Shown here: in pieces, positions 25,721 through 39,367 of the stretch | How the letters are laid out: each line of letters starts with the position of its first letter | Position numbering within the stretch: the stretch's first letter is position 1 | From: Raillietiella orientalis | Lineage: Eukaryota | Assembly (NCBI GenBank): GCA_036172245.1 | Contig: JAYWIR010000004.1 | Coordinates: 4,216,001 to 4,280,000 of the forward strand | DNA: 64,000 nt | Reading direction: 5' to 3' | Made by a program: the position numbers and the translations under genes | Notes under the pieces: generated by a model | The model's database searches: none | What the model saw: the letters and a program-made list of their open reading frames with translations, nothing else | Told to the model about the DNA's origin: nothing

Positions 25721-28700
25721 GGCGAAGTGTTTTTTTGTTCACGAATTTTCAATCACCATTCGAGGAAACGCTCAAGGCTTCGTGGGAAAAGCCGAAGCAT
25801 CCTCCGCCTCTTTCTGAAGCGTTAACAACGTTTTTTGCTTTGCTCTCGCACGTCCTCTCTATGGGCAGGCCGCCACACCAGTTCACCTCATCTCATAGGC
25901 AACAGTTTCTTGCAATCTGCTCTTTCTTAGTGAAAATACTCTTCCTACAAAGATATTTGGCTAGAAGAGAGTGATGGAAAGCATTCCAGCTGAACCGAGA
26001 GCAAATCTCTAAGAGCCACTCGTGTGCGAAGTGTGGGTCGCGACCCTCTGTGGGGGTTGCAATTGGAATCCTGGTAAGTAACGTAAGAATAAAGCAAGTA
26101 ACATACTCTGGAGATTTTGTCTCGGCTGCCCTTAGCTGATTATATTATACACGCGTGTGTGATGTATGAAAACTATAAACAGCAACTTTTAAAACAAAAG
26201 GTTTTAGCACGATGGACTTAACATGAGAAAACCCGCATAGATTATGCATATGAAAAGGGGGGTTTGCAGCGTCGACCTTGTCCAGTGGACTGCAAATCGT
26301 CTTTAACATTGCTAATAAGTATTGCGAATTCTCAATCACACGCAAGCAAATTTTTTTTTCCAGATATAATACCTGGTTTGACAAGTAAATTTAATAAGTA
26401 CTCGAACCAACTTCAGATTAGGATAATGGCTGGTTTGTTTAATAATAGGGTTGGTTTGGCATTATATAACCGTGAGGAATCACCAAAGAATCTGCTTGTG
26501 CACAGTGAGAGCGAACCCAGAAGTTCTGTCTGGTCTTCCCAGTGCGATAAACACTGGTAGTTTTTTTTTTTTTTTACTGTGCTCGGTGCGATCTTCGTTG
26601 AAAACTATGATTAGGAAGGACAAAGTCAAGAAGGGTGCATGGATCAACAGGTAGTGTCTTGCAACAGAATAGCTCTCAAGCAACAAGTCATCACGTAGGA
26701 ATCAACACGTTACGAATGCTACGAAGGGCAGCAGAGAGGACCCCTTAAGGAAAGTACTTGAAAAAATCGCCTCCATCTGGATAGTTATTTAGAAGTGGGA
26801 TTACTTAGTGCGGTGACGAGCTTCGGTCCACTACTGGAAGCAGTGTATGGATGTACGTGGAACGAAACAAGACTGCAAGCAGTGCCATCAGAATCATCAA
26901 ATCGATCGGATTTTTTTCCCAAGAGGATCGCTGCTGGTTCCTCGTTGGAAGGACCGGTTTTTGACGAAAGATACGTTTCCGCAGGTCGGTGACCCAAGTC
27001 CGGAATGAAATCTCATAGATGAAATCAGTTCGTAAAGAGTTCTCGGAGCTGCAGGAGAGGAATAAGTGAATCCGATCCAACTGATGCGATGGATGGGCGC
27101 AATACAGTTGGGAGGTTCATATAGGAAAAAGTGTTGTTCGGAATCGAGGAACACTGTTTGCTTCCCAAGAAGAGGTAAGATCCATCTCATGGTATTCTGT
27201 CTTTATTTATTGGGCATGAAAAGAAGAAGAAGAAAAAAAAAAAGAAACATGGAGCAGTTGTTAGTTCCCAGGAAACTGGAAAAAACCACGACCAGAAATG
27301 ACTTTTGAATGTCGTGAACGAATACTTCCGAGTTTCTGGTTCGTGAGAAAATCATGTGGAGGAACGCAATTTCTTTTACTCTGTCAGATTTCCTGGCACG
27401 TCCCTCAGAAGAAAGTGGAAAAGCCATCTGGAGGTGTTTTCGGTCCCTTGAAACATAGCAAAGGCAGTAGGCCAGGAAACAAAGACTCATCCCAAACAAA
27501 ACGTCAGCGGCGAATTACATCTTTGATGTCACCCACAGGTCGCTTAATGAGGGATTGTTTGCATCAGTTCTTAAAGAGGCAGGCACTCGGCAGAAGAACC
27601 TTATTCTACCTCCATAATGTATCGGAGGCGATCTTGTAAAGGTCGCGCGCTCGGCCATGCTTATGAATCAGAAGAAATGCTTGACGTTTGATCCTTGGGA
27701 GGAGCGTCCATTTCATTTCTAATCGCCACAAAAGGGATCTCGCTGTAGGAAGTCCGTTTACCAAATCAATGCGTTCGAACACTTAAACGAGATGAATTCT
27801 GATACCTAAGGATGATCAAAAACGCCTCAGCTCCCGGAGCAAAATTGCGTCTTCAGAAAATGGGATATAAATGTGGAAAATTAGAGCAACATGGAGGTGC
27901 GTTTCCATGGACTTCTGGAGCAAAAATAGGGATGCAAAGGGACTGATTTGCGGTCACTGACCTTGTCCCAGGAGAACTTTCGTCCTGTTATGGAAGGATA
28001 GGAAATCCGTGGTTGAGTTTGCATCAGAAAAAGTGAAGTTAATTATCAGTGAGGAGGAAAAAAGCAATTGTGCTTCAAGAATTTCATTCTACAAGAACAT
28101 CCTGTCGTATGTGCTTACAGAGTTTAACTGAGATTTTCTAGATCCTTCATGTGTGAAATGGAATTCGCTGTGCTGTTGAGGAGAAAATGTTGTTGTCTTA
28201 AGTCTAAAATTCATCCTCATAGTTCATACAATGCCGGGAATTATTCTAATTCGAATCTCATCAATCCCTCGTATGGCATTGAATTTTCCTACACCTCTGT
28301 CCCATTTGCAATCCTATATTTTTCAGCGAGAATATTAACTCAATATGCTATGATATTTGTAACAAAAGAAATGCAGGAGATTGCATTGCATATTTTTAGG
28401 GAAAGTTGAGATAAAAAAGTCTGGAAACCGCTTCCCTGAACATGATCTTTGCTGTTCCACATAATAACCGGATAGAAAAAGAGTAATAGTGAAGTATTAT
28501 TACTATGAGTGAAACTACAAATAGAAATACTGGAAATTTATAGCCGAGAGGATTTCATTTCTCATTTTTTATTCTTCCAATCATGAAAGAATGCAGTGTT
28601 AATGAGATGCTAATAATCTCAATTATGTCTTTGACACTGTAGGCGTCCGTGCTGCCAAAGATTACTGTATTCTGGAATTCATAACAATGTATTTATAACT

Positions 28701-29562
28701 TTTGTATACAACATAAATAATGGGCTAAAATGATGAGTTTTCACCTCTTGTTCTTTATACAAAAAGCATTCTATTGGGAAGATTGATGAAAGATGAATTT
28801 ACAAGTTTCAAGAGCCACCGAAAGACAATAAGAAAGTGCACAAAGACAGCAGCGTTCTAGTCTGAATTAATGGTAATTTCTAACAACGAAGTTCATTTTT
28901 CACAACTAAATCAGATACATGACTGTACAGTACACGCTGGATGGCGAAGAGTAGAGTCACCATGCAGCACAACACCATGGAAGGTTAGCAAAAAGAAAGA
29001 TAGTTGTTTAGGGTCCATCAGAATTTTCAAGATTATAAATCAATTTAAGCATATCATGGCAAATATCTTTCTCAACTGTGCTATAGATATTGATAAATGC
29101 CATTCATCTTATGATGACATGGATAATAATGGAGGGATCCTCGATCAAAAGCCTGGAGAAAAGCTAATTTAATCTTTGGCCAGGATTCACGAGAAGGATG
29201 CACAATAAAAAAAATGCAATAATAAAAGATGCCGGTCGTATCTTTCTATGTTTTCACGAGTCGAAGTTTTGGCCCAATAGGGCGATAGCAATCTTTTGTT
29301 CTCCGGAAATAAAATTAAAACAATCTATTACAGAATAGTGATTTACGCCACTAAGAATGAATGTATCAATTAGTGATTTTCCGAAAACTCCTCAAAAGCT
29401 ACTCCATACAAAATTTTAGTTCACCTTTCGGTGAGAAGACGAAAGAAAGGAGATAACAGGAGATTTGCTTCTCGCAAGCTGATAAAAAATGCATTCCCTA
29501 CAGTCCATGCATAATTATTGTGTCTTTTAAGACTTTCGTGCTCTGTTTTCTTTCAAGGGCAA

Positions 29563-29605
29563 CAGAATTGCTAAACTCTTTGAACATTCGAGTTCGAATG
29601 ATTGA
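29563..29605. repeat. 43-bp direct repeat, partner at 31986-32028
   Basis: 39/43 identical by manual alignment; all four differences are transitions. Confidence 0.85.
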
Positions 29606-29752
29606 CAAGAGCACGAACTGTAGTGGCAAATTTTGGAGATGGATGGCTCCTGGTTTTCATGAGAAAGATGGGGAGTATGCGTACAGAACCACATATCAAG
29701 GGGTCATCACGGGTACGAAGTGCCTTCCGTGAAGGTTTCATCCGCGTCCTAC
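29571..29752 (-). CDS. Candidate short phase-1 terminal exon (GRTRMKPSRKALRTR...NHSNSNVQRV*)
   Basis: Acceptor ctgtatgtatctttAG, length 182 = 2+3n, basic N-terminus; compatible with the donor at 31625. Confidence 0.25.
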
Positions 29753-31625
29753 CTAAAGATACATACAGTTGCAAGAAGGACAATGGATCAACAAGAAATC
29801 ATTTCCTAAATGTCATAAATATCAGGTTCTTGTGATACCGGTGACGGAAAATCATTTCTCAATAATTTCTGGGTCATTTTTGAGAGGTTGCTTTTTCTTA
29901 GCAAGCATTAGAAAAGTGTTCAAAGAGTTCCGGTGGGTCCCGAATAGTAATCGAGAACGAGTGATTTCATGTCACTTATTCTTGGTTACGAAGACGACCA
30001 CGAGTTTCAAAATAAAGGTGCTCTTCAGGAATGTGGATTGAAACCCCAATTAGCAAGTTACAGGCTGCCTCGAGAGAATGAAAATCGCGTTAATGTCTAT
30101 GATATTGCAGCGTTTTTTTTCTAATCACTGAGTTGATTTTATTATGCTAATGATATTAAGCAAATGAAACACTTTGAAAACGAAAACCTAAACCATAGTT
30201 TCCAAGGAATGATTCTGGTCGACTCCGTACTCTGTAAGATTCAATCAGTGGTCACGGCAGGGCAATTTCGTGCACACTTCGCATAGTCTTCCACGTCATG
30301 AGTTCCCGGAGTTGGGAGAGAAAAGCATTTGCTTCTTGCTAGAACTGATTTTCATCTCGAATTTCCGTTCTGATATGCCATTCTTATGAGATCGGCAGAA
30401 AGGCCGACTTGGAAACCGAACCCTGCTGTATTTTCTTAGGAACGGAAAGATATGCATGCTCAGTGAGCAATTTCCAGAAAAGAAATCGTTTATTTCTTAT
30501 TTTTTGTCCATCGATTCACGATGCAATTATCTCAATCTTTACCGCGATTCCAAAGCCGCTGATTTGTGATAAATCATTTTTTATGGAACTGCCCAAAGTT
30601 TTCTGAATGCTATAATAACGAGAGCATTTAAGATAAGAATCCAACTGCCCTTCTCTGCATCTTGGATCTCGGAAAGTACTGAAAAGGGCATCTTTAGAAT
30701 CCATTCATCTCCTTCCTGTTCGCATCAGTCACCAGAGAAAAAGATTTCGAGTTTCTTCCCAATGCTTTTTTTTTTCGAGAGCAAGCAATCCTTTAGAACA
30801 TTGCTTCGATGATACGGTACAACACTGACCAAGAGCGCGTGTAATCCAAGAGCACTTACGAGAAGGAAAGTGAACGAATTGCCACAGTCACCACCAATCC
30901 TTAGGCAGGATGCATCGATAGATTGGATCTCTCGAAGAAGATTCCCAGCCCGCAAATCCATTCACACAACACTGGAATCTTCAACCTATGTAAGGGATGG
31001 TTTTGTTTGGTGTTACGTGTCCAAGTTGGCCTCGAAACACGAAAAGGACTGGGAGCACTGAGCTTCTGTTTCGGTAAGAGAGGTCATCCAGAAGGTAACG
31101 TGAGTTTCCGTTCCATTTCAAAGCCCTCGAAATTTTCCGACTTTTTCCTCATCGTGGTACACACGAGAACGCCTGTGGATCTATTCCAGGTATTTTATCT
31201 GCCAAGTGCGCTGAGGGTACGAAAGGCAAAGCAAAGCAATCAGTTTGCTGGCCCTGATTTCTATTAATTATGCATTTTATCCATTGCTGCTCTTCACATT
31301 ACTGATTTTTTTGAAATGCATAATTTACGCTGTTGTCAGTTTTTCCCTACGAGCAGTTTTTCACAACGAACTTATTTTGCACTGTTCTTTCACATGTTTG
31401 ATATCTTAGCAGAAGCAGCGTCTTCCTGTTTTTGTTTACATCAGACGGAGCGTATGAACAGAAACTACGAATCGCAAAGGTTTTGCTTAGTTTTCGGCGA
31501 CCGTTTCACGACAGTCGCTCGAGAACGAATTATGAGTGCCGCATCGGAAGCTGAGGAGATGCTTTCAGGAGCGTTCCCAGACGCGTGCTTGCATTCAGAA
31601 AATAAATTCTGCCGAAGGAACTTAC

Positions 31626-31887
31626 CGATGGGGTTTTCCGTTGCTTTCGCATTTTCTTGAGAATTGATAGGTGATTCGAATTCTATTGGAAGCTCTGCCA
31701 AAGTGGTGTTTATATTGCAAGAAGCTTCCATACGAATGTTCCCATAGCCATCCAGAGAAAGGCAGTTCGTGATGGAACTTAGATCGGTTTCTGTGCTTCC
31801 CGCAGCTCCGTGGATGCACGCAAGAAGGGCTGCTACCAGAAATGGAATGGCAAACTTGTCATTGAGTGAAAAGAATGCAAATCTCAT
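31626..31887 (-). CDS. First coding exon with signal peptide and acidic two-Cys pro-segment (87 codons + 1 nt)
   Basis: ATG at 31887; FAIPFLVAALLACIHGAAG hydrophobic core with small-residue cleavage site; consensus donor G|GTAAGT at 31625, phase 1. Confidence 0.6.
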
Positions 31888-33469
31888 GTCTAGTCACTGA
31901 AACACAAAGATTCTTAAATTTGCACATTAGTATTGATGAGGATCATGAATATTAGAAATGATGGGAGGAAACTTGCTTTACGGACCAGAATCGTTAAACT
32001 CTTTAAACATTCAAGTTCGAATGATTGAATGCTGAGGTAATTTTTTCCAGGAAGGAATCGGGTGCCAATATGTCCATGAAACGGCATGATCCAAAGGGTT
32101 TCTCTTCACGAAAAGCGAAATGCGAAATTCCCTGGTGAAATTTCGAGATGAAAAGCGCAGTCGTGGCAGCGCTGTATTTATTGCGATCCAGCACTTGGAG
32201 ACAGCCGAACAAGAAACGTTTTCAAGATGATTTGTGAGAAGTAATTCAAGTAGAAGGAAAGAAAAAGCACAACCCGGGTGCTCTTCTTAGGGGCTGCGAG
32301 AGTGTAAACGTCCCTGAACGCCTGCATGCCGCGGAATGTTAAAGGCAAAAGACACGAAACGCATGCTAACGAGGATCAAAATTCATGATTGTGGAAAATC
32401 ATCTTGATAGAATACAGGAGAGTAAAGTTCGACGAGTGGCCATCAAAATTAGATTCGTTGAAGAATTCGAATATGCTCCTACCTTGATAGAACATCGAAC
32501 ATGGAACAGAAGGCCACGCAAAGCGAAATTTGAAATTAGTGGTAACTAACCAGTACCTAAGAAATAGAGGAGGAAAACTGGGAACAACATTCCTCATCGA
32601 TAATCTGCTCATTCGGATCTCTGGTCTCAAGGAAAAAGATAAAATCGCAGCATGATTTTTTAAGCTGCATCGCTTTAAAGAGAGACTAGAAGCGAACATG
32701 AACAGCTAGAAGAACGAGTGAATAGAGGGGCATAAGCGCAAACACGACTCAGGTCATCTGCAGAAATACGGTCATCTAGAAGACTGAACTGTTAAAAAAC
32801 CAAAGGCATCCACAATGTACGTTTAGAAATAGAAGACGATTCGCAAATGTGTACAAAAGAGATCCAGAGGAGTAGTATCAGCCTTGTCGGCAGAGGCAAT
32901 GAACTCAACCTTAATTAACTATTGAAAGTATTCGACTACTGACAGATTGAGAGGGTACACAGAGATAGAATGTGCACAGTATACTAATTGCTCTAGCTAG
33001 ATGAAGCAATAATTTCACATGTGACGCAACATGAAGTAGCATCCATAATTTGTTATCTCTCCCAGAAAAAAATGAATTCCAAAAGCTCTACTTTCCATTG
33101 CTTACGGGATGAAGAATATTTGAAGCAATTGCAGAAAACAAATTAAACAACGTATTTCCAAGATATAACCTCTGTTCTTCTTCAGTAATGATCTTTCTCC
33201 TTGTAACATTCAGAATTAACATCTATATCTACGAGGAATTCTTGCTCTATAAGTAAAAACCAATTACAGAGCAAGCAATGGGAATGGCAACAAGATGACT
33301 GGATGATGAAAAGATGCATCTTTGCAGGAATCCTACTTTGAACACAAAAACTAAATGATGGTGACTTGCTATTATAGAAGTGTTGCTCATCTGCCTCAAA
33401 AAGCTTGGTGGAGCGATGTTTTACCCCTTCGCACATACTGCCCTGCAGATAGGATAGGACATAGGCCAT

Positions 33470-33860
33470 TATTTCTGTGTTGTCTTAATTCGTATTTCCC
33501 AAGTTCCACGAGGGTCCCTTGAGGGACGCAACCCCGCGCCGTAGACTCGGTGGACATCCGCTGGAGTGCCCGGGACGAATGGGGGCACATCCCGGACCTC
33601 GGAGGTTCCGGAAGGGGTCAAGGCGAGGCCAACCATTCCACGGACCCTCGCAAGAGCGACTTGCATACGGCAGGGAAGAAGACGGGTTTCCCCTCTCTCC
33701 TCTCGTGGCACCACCCCTCCCTTCTTGGAGAAGATGAGCGCCTGCTTTCCGCCTGTGGGCAGCACCTGTGTGGCCAGGCGAGGAGGCACGTCCCGATGCA
33801 AAGGTGCATATGGAGGCATCTTTAGACCGGGACGAGAAAGGGAGCTCCTGCGCCAGTTTC
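33470..33860 (-). mobile_element. Decayed L1/Tx1 ORF2 3' fragment
   Basis: HRDV..RLATQVLPTG...GET...TWEIR follows the RLAH..LPT...C..C..ET..H...IW..R layout; GC-rich island. Confidence 0.5.
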
Positions 33861-35432
33861 GTGTTTTCGGAAAAAAAATAATCTGAAAACTAGGAAGGAA
33901 TTGTAGATTGTAGATCAAGTTGTATATTGTAAGAAAGTAGTTGACTATTTTGATAACAGGAACAATACCTTCGAAATTCTCAGATGCAATCAAATCGGAT
34001 AACGTGAAGAAAGCTGTTAGTTACAAAAACCCTTATTTCGTGCGAATGCCATGAAAGTCTTCTTGGGGCATACTGATTTATACGAATTCTTGCTTCGATT
34101 TCTGACACCGACTCGAATGAAAGTTTCACAAAAGTAAACAACCAGCATTCCACACGAAAACTGTGGGCGCGCATTTAAATTTGTACTGTAAGTACGAAAC
34201 AACTTTTACACCGAGAAAGTCGAGAGACAAACAGATCGTGCGTTCAGTCATGAATTGCATTTAGCTAACTTGGAAACATCATGATGTGAAAGACAGAGCT
34301 CCATCAACATCCTTCAGTTTTCATTCATCAGTACTTTCGACGAGTTGAGAGTAAGTAGCCAATGCAAGAAACCGCAAACATGACGTGATTTTTAAATAAG
34401 AAGCATCCGTCATAGATGGCATTCATCAGCGAAAGGTCGGAAATCTTTGCTGCCTCGTAATGGTCCATGAGCTATGTGGATAATGAGATCTTTCGCCCCA
34501 AAGTCTCGGGAGAAGGATGTGTCTATCTCGAGTTTTCAAAAGCAGAGCATTGGAACTGCTTTGCGATTTTTTTTTTCCAAATGCATGCGGCACAGCAGGT
34601 TGGAAGAAACGAACCACAACCATAGATCTCAACTTCAAGGTTCTGAAGCAAGAAACTATTTTACAGAATGCGCAAACTGCATGAGTTGTTGCAGTGCCAC
34701 TGTAATTGTACGAGCTGATTGACTGAACCAATGAGCTGTTGAACAGAGAATCAAGAACTCCCTCAAATGTAATGACTCTCGCCAGCTCCAGATTTTGCTT
34801 CAGGTCGGAAGAGTGATTTCAGCAGATGAACGCACTCGTAATTTGAGCATCTGCTTTTGCATGCAAGCACAAAAGACTTCCGGAATTCGAGAAATTGCAT
34901 CCTTAGATGCATCCCCTTTGTGAATTTTCGAAAGCTTTCCTGAGGTTCATGGCTTCAAAATTGGGGATAAGGACATTCAGCCTTCTCATGAAATATTACA
35001 GCTTGCATTCGGAGAAATGTCGAGAAAAAAATAAAGCAGAGAAAGGAAAGGGCAGGCGTGTTTTGAGAATGCGGCTTTCTATTCTTCGATGCTCTGAGCA
35101 AACTTTCGTTTTCATTTGGGCACTCGGGGCTGGAAATTTCATGGGCATATTTGGTTGTCATTCCCGAATCTTATGAGCAAAGAACGAAAGCTAATGTTCA
35201 TGCTCGGTGCTCATCCACGCTCCCACATCCTCAATTCCTTCCATTACTATTATTAATGTCGTCAGGAAGGAAATTTGAATTTCCTCGCAAATACATCCTT
35301 CCAAGTTGTTAGCTGATTATTAACAGTAACGATCATAAAGGCCTTAATTTACATGCGATCAAAAGACCTGCGAGAGCTAAAAGAGCAATCGAGGAGAGTC
35401 TTTGGATTCTTGATCCATAACGTGTGAGAAAA

Positions 35433-35449
35433 ACACACACACACACACA
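35433..35449. repeat. (AC)n microsatellite
   Basis: acacacacacacacaca. Confidence 0.8.
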
Positions 35450-35723
35450 TACAAAAACACTGGGAACACTCACCTCTTCGTTTTAATCGTAAGCAGTGTT
35501 GCTGTCCCTCAGTTGTAGTGTCCACTATTTTCTTAATTTAATGCTTCCATCGAAGAGAGAAGGGGAAGAAAAAAAACTAGCAAGAACAGTGGGATCGTTG
35601 CTGCACTTTCGAGAAAACCTTTAAAGACATCACTGCAAGATGATGTTAGAACCCAAGAAGAAACTTTCCCTTCTCCACATTTCTTTTATTCAATGTGTGT
35701 CAGTGAAGGTATGATGGGGCAGT

Positions 35724-36430
35724 TTGAGAGACACTGCATCACAAGATCCATGCCATCGGTTACGTGACGCTCCACATCGTGTGTGCTGTTTGAAGCTGAC
35801 TACCTGCTACCTCGCAGTCTTCTTTCCTTGTGGTTCTCCCATCGACCACCTCCTGAATTGGCGCGATGGAACTCCGCCTCGAATGGGATTTCCCATTTTC
35901 CGCTCTAGCTTCTTATTTGGAGCAGGAATTTTCTTTCCTCACGCGCCTGGATTTGGTGTCTCGGGAAGGAGTTCCTTTTTTTTTTTTTTTGGCTCAAGTA
36001 TAACGAGGCAATTTATTCCGGGTGTTTTATAACAACAAGAAGCGGAACATGCAATAAACGGACCTTGCTGCTGTCTGTGGTCTGCTCTTGCGATCGAATC
36101 TGGTGGAATTGCTTCTTTTGAGCTGAAGAATTTCTGCCTGTCGAGATAAAACGGATGCGTTTTTATCAACATGCGGCCATCTGGATCCTCAGTGCTTGTA
36201 TTTTCGAAGGACACGAACTTATGCCTTCCAGAATTCCAAGTCCGCTGCTCTCTGAGATGAAGGATCAGTTTAAAGAGGTGGTGCGATCTTCGATGCAATC
36301 AATTTTCGGGAAGACTCAAGCCAACGCTGTGCCAGCTTCGGCTAAATCACCTCACCTTTGCTGGGGTCCATGACTTACGAAGTGAGCGAGCTGGAAGAAG
36401 GCAAACGCTGCGAAGATGAGCAGATGACGG
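35724..36430 (+). mobile_element. Decayed LINE RT C-terminus and post-RT region
   Basis: FCLSR*NGCVFIN (cf. W..LS..GR..LIN); IPSPLLSEMK...FGK...SPHLCWGP*L (cf. P...FLW.GK...P...GG.GL). Confidence 0.4.
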
Positions 36431-38279
36431 ACCGATTCCTATTCGAGGTGAGCGTATCGGAAATACTGGTAATGAGTCATTCTCAAGGCGCTTTGACATG
36501 TTAGGAGGAAGTGCACTTCACATATCTCATTGCACACGAGCAACTTCCAGAAGAACCAAGAAATGTCTGAAAACAACGACCAGAACCTTACACAGATGGA
36601 TTACGTTCGAATTTTTTGTGCTAGATGATGGACAATGACTCTGGTTCTTGCTTGATAAACTTTGAAAGCAGCATAAAAAACCACATTTTTTTTTTCACAT
36701 TTTTGTTTTGTGAGGGAACTGATAAAAACAAATAACAAAACTGATCAAATAGCTCATAATGAAATCAGGATACTGAAAAAAACTGATATGCAAATTACTG
36801 TTTTCAAAGCATATTCTGCTCAAAATCTCACATCGATCTCGTGCAGGATAACTTGGACGCTACCGTATTGGTGATCTTTGGAGTCTTTTTGCTTCAACGG
36901 AAGCAATTTATAGAATTGTATCCATCAGCTGCTATTAGCGAGCCAATGCAAAAAAAAAATTTGAACATTTGTGTGAAGTGTCAACTACTGAACCAATAAA
37001 AATGGATCGAGCCAAACTAAAAAATGAGCTGTTGATGAGCTGCTGGAAAACAGAAACGCTACCGCATGCTCAAAACTGCTCGGGCACAAAATGGCGTGCT
37101 TTTGAACACTCTGCAATACGGAAATGCGGAGCTGTTTTCGGACTAGAAGAGGCATGATGACTCTGAGAGTATGATTCGGTACTTTTCGTCGGTCATCCTG
37201 AGCAGTCACAGAAAAAGCATGCTTTAGGGACCAGCGTTTCACCGGGAAATTTTTCTGTGCCGGAAGAAACGCCGCTAAACCTCTTTTTGGTATTCTTCAT
37301 ATTTGGGATAAAACGTGTTTTGGTACTGCGGATTCTTATTTTGAATATGGTTATCTTGGTAGCCCATGATAATACAAATTTCAGATGCCTGCAATTCCGG
37401 AGAGCGAGAATGATGTTTCAGATCTCTGCTCTTCATTACGTAGCAATGAGCTTTTTCCCCACTGGTTGATTCAGAGGTTTTTCGGTATGAAAATGTAATT
37501 CATCGCTTCAGAAAGAAAGAATAAGAAAAGATCAAGAAAAAAAAATCAGACCAAAGAGACGCTGATCATCACTGATGGAAGTTCTAATATCACATGCAGG
37601 AAAGTAGTTGGAAGCAAACTCCTTTCGTAAAAACATTGGCTTCCCATTCTCTTACGAAAGAGAAAGCTCTGGATTGTATTGCTTCAAAAGAAGCGTGCAT
37701 CAAAAGCATGAGTAATGTGATTGAGATTAAAAGCTGCAGGAAGTCCGGAAAACGGAGAGCTGAAATTCACTGGCGTTTTCACTTCTGCATATTTAATGTA
37801 CAAAAGTGAGAACTTTGATCTCTCTTCAAATGGCCTTTTTTCGATCGTTTAAAAAGATTTCTTATTTTCTGTCTTTCCTGTCTGATTGAGAACTTCATCG
37901 CCGATGCACATTCAGTTGGACTATTCCCTTAAATCAGCACCCTACTCCGATACTTCGGTTTCTTCATTCGGTGCCGAACTCATGGTTTTCCGAAAAATTG
38001 GTACTTCAACATTTTCGGTGAGACACAATCCTATCAATCAAAGTGGTTGCTGACCTTCCCTGACTGCCACCTTCCGTCTTTATTCTGTGTCCTTGCTGCT
38101 GATTCTGCCTTGGCACTGGAAATACTCTGGGAAACTTCTCTTCGTTGTTAGAAGCTTCGGGGAACTAAGCTGACCACACGTGAACGAAACAAACTCGTCG
38201 ATTTTATCATCGTTAGATCTCTCATGCGAGCCCCAGAAGGGAACCTCTTCGTTGTTCTATCCGTAGGGACTGCCCGGTT

Positions 38280-38880
38280 TGTGGGGCCGCTCCTCATTCT
38301 CTTCTCCGAAGGGAAACCGAAAAGTATCCGCTCCTGAATTTCTTCTCCGGAGCGAACCCGCAAGGGAACCGCTCCTGTTTACTCCTCTGAAGAGACTCCC
38401 GAAGGGACGCTTCCAAGTTTCTTTCGATGGGCGCTTTTCTAAGGGAGGGACGCGGCTCTTACACTCTGGAAAGACAATCCCCCGATGGAGGTATCAACCG
38501 TGGTACGAGATGGAGGGTCTCCCCAAAGGAGGGGGAGAGCTCCATTTTCACAAGTGGAAGGAATCAAGGAGCTGGAAGGGAACTGGCTCCTTGATTCCTG
38601 GAAGGACCCTGAGGGGTCAACTTCCAATCCCAGCCCAGTCAACGAGAGCATCCGGTTTCCGGCTTCCACCAAAGCATGGCCTACCATGGTCATCCTGCAG
38701 GCGGGACTCGCAAACCCACGACGCGGATCCTTCCCCGGGTAAGATTTGAACCGCAAAGCGCTCGGTACGGTGCACGGAGACCGTAGCCAAGCGGCCTCCA
38801 GCGCGGACACATCGGTCAGGACCACACCTTGGTTCCTGGAAGCGAGGTGCTCAGGACATTCAGGTATGGAAACTGACACT
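38280..38880 (+). mobile_element. Decayed LINE ORF1-like fragment
   Basis: GC-rich island; GRFQVSF (RRM-like), then two eroded knuckles LQRGHIGQDH and CSGHSGME. Confidence 0.4.
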
Positions 38881-38972
38881 TCATTGTGTCGGTTTCCATA
38901 CCTGAGTTCGAGTACTTCAATTGTACTAGAATAAAAAAAAATGCAACACTTCTCATTTTCAAACCGTTGTCT

Positions 38973-38978
38973 TTTATT
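38973..38978 (-). promoter_or_regulatory. Candidate polyadenylation signal for the 39368-41296 gene
   Basis: AATAAA on the minus strand ~390 nt past the stop. Confidence 0.35.
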
Positions 38979-39367
38979 TAAAATGCATGCAAATTCTGGA
39001 TATCGAATATTCCTGTTGGTGGCTGCAGGTGGAGGTGCAGCGTCTCAGAACTTCAACTCGTTTCCCGACGGTCACGTGGACTAGCGGCAGTTTTCGCCGA
39101 CAAGCGCATTCATCGATTCGATAGTTTCAATATGGAGAAAATGTTCATTCCGAGGCATCGTTTGTATGTACATAAGTCTTGACAGATAAGCCGATATCGA
39201 TGATATTTCACAATTGAATAAGAACGAAGCATAAGAGTGTCCAAAGAAAAGAAGACGAAAAACAATAACAGAACACGAAGATGAAGGCGATGTTCGTGAC
39301 CATACTCAAGTGAAAAGCACTGAACGAATGGATGGAGGGGTTCCATAGCTCACTTCCATGGCTCTAC

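Noticed and set aside
30859..30985. Minus-strand exon with good acceptor and GTAAGT donor
   Set aside because: Stops in all three frames
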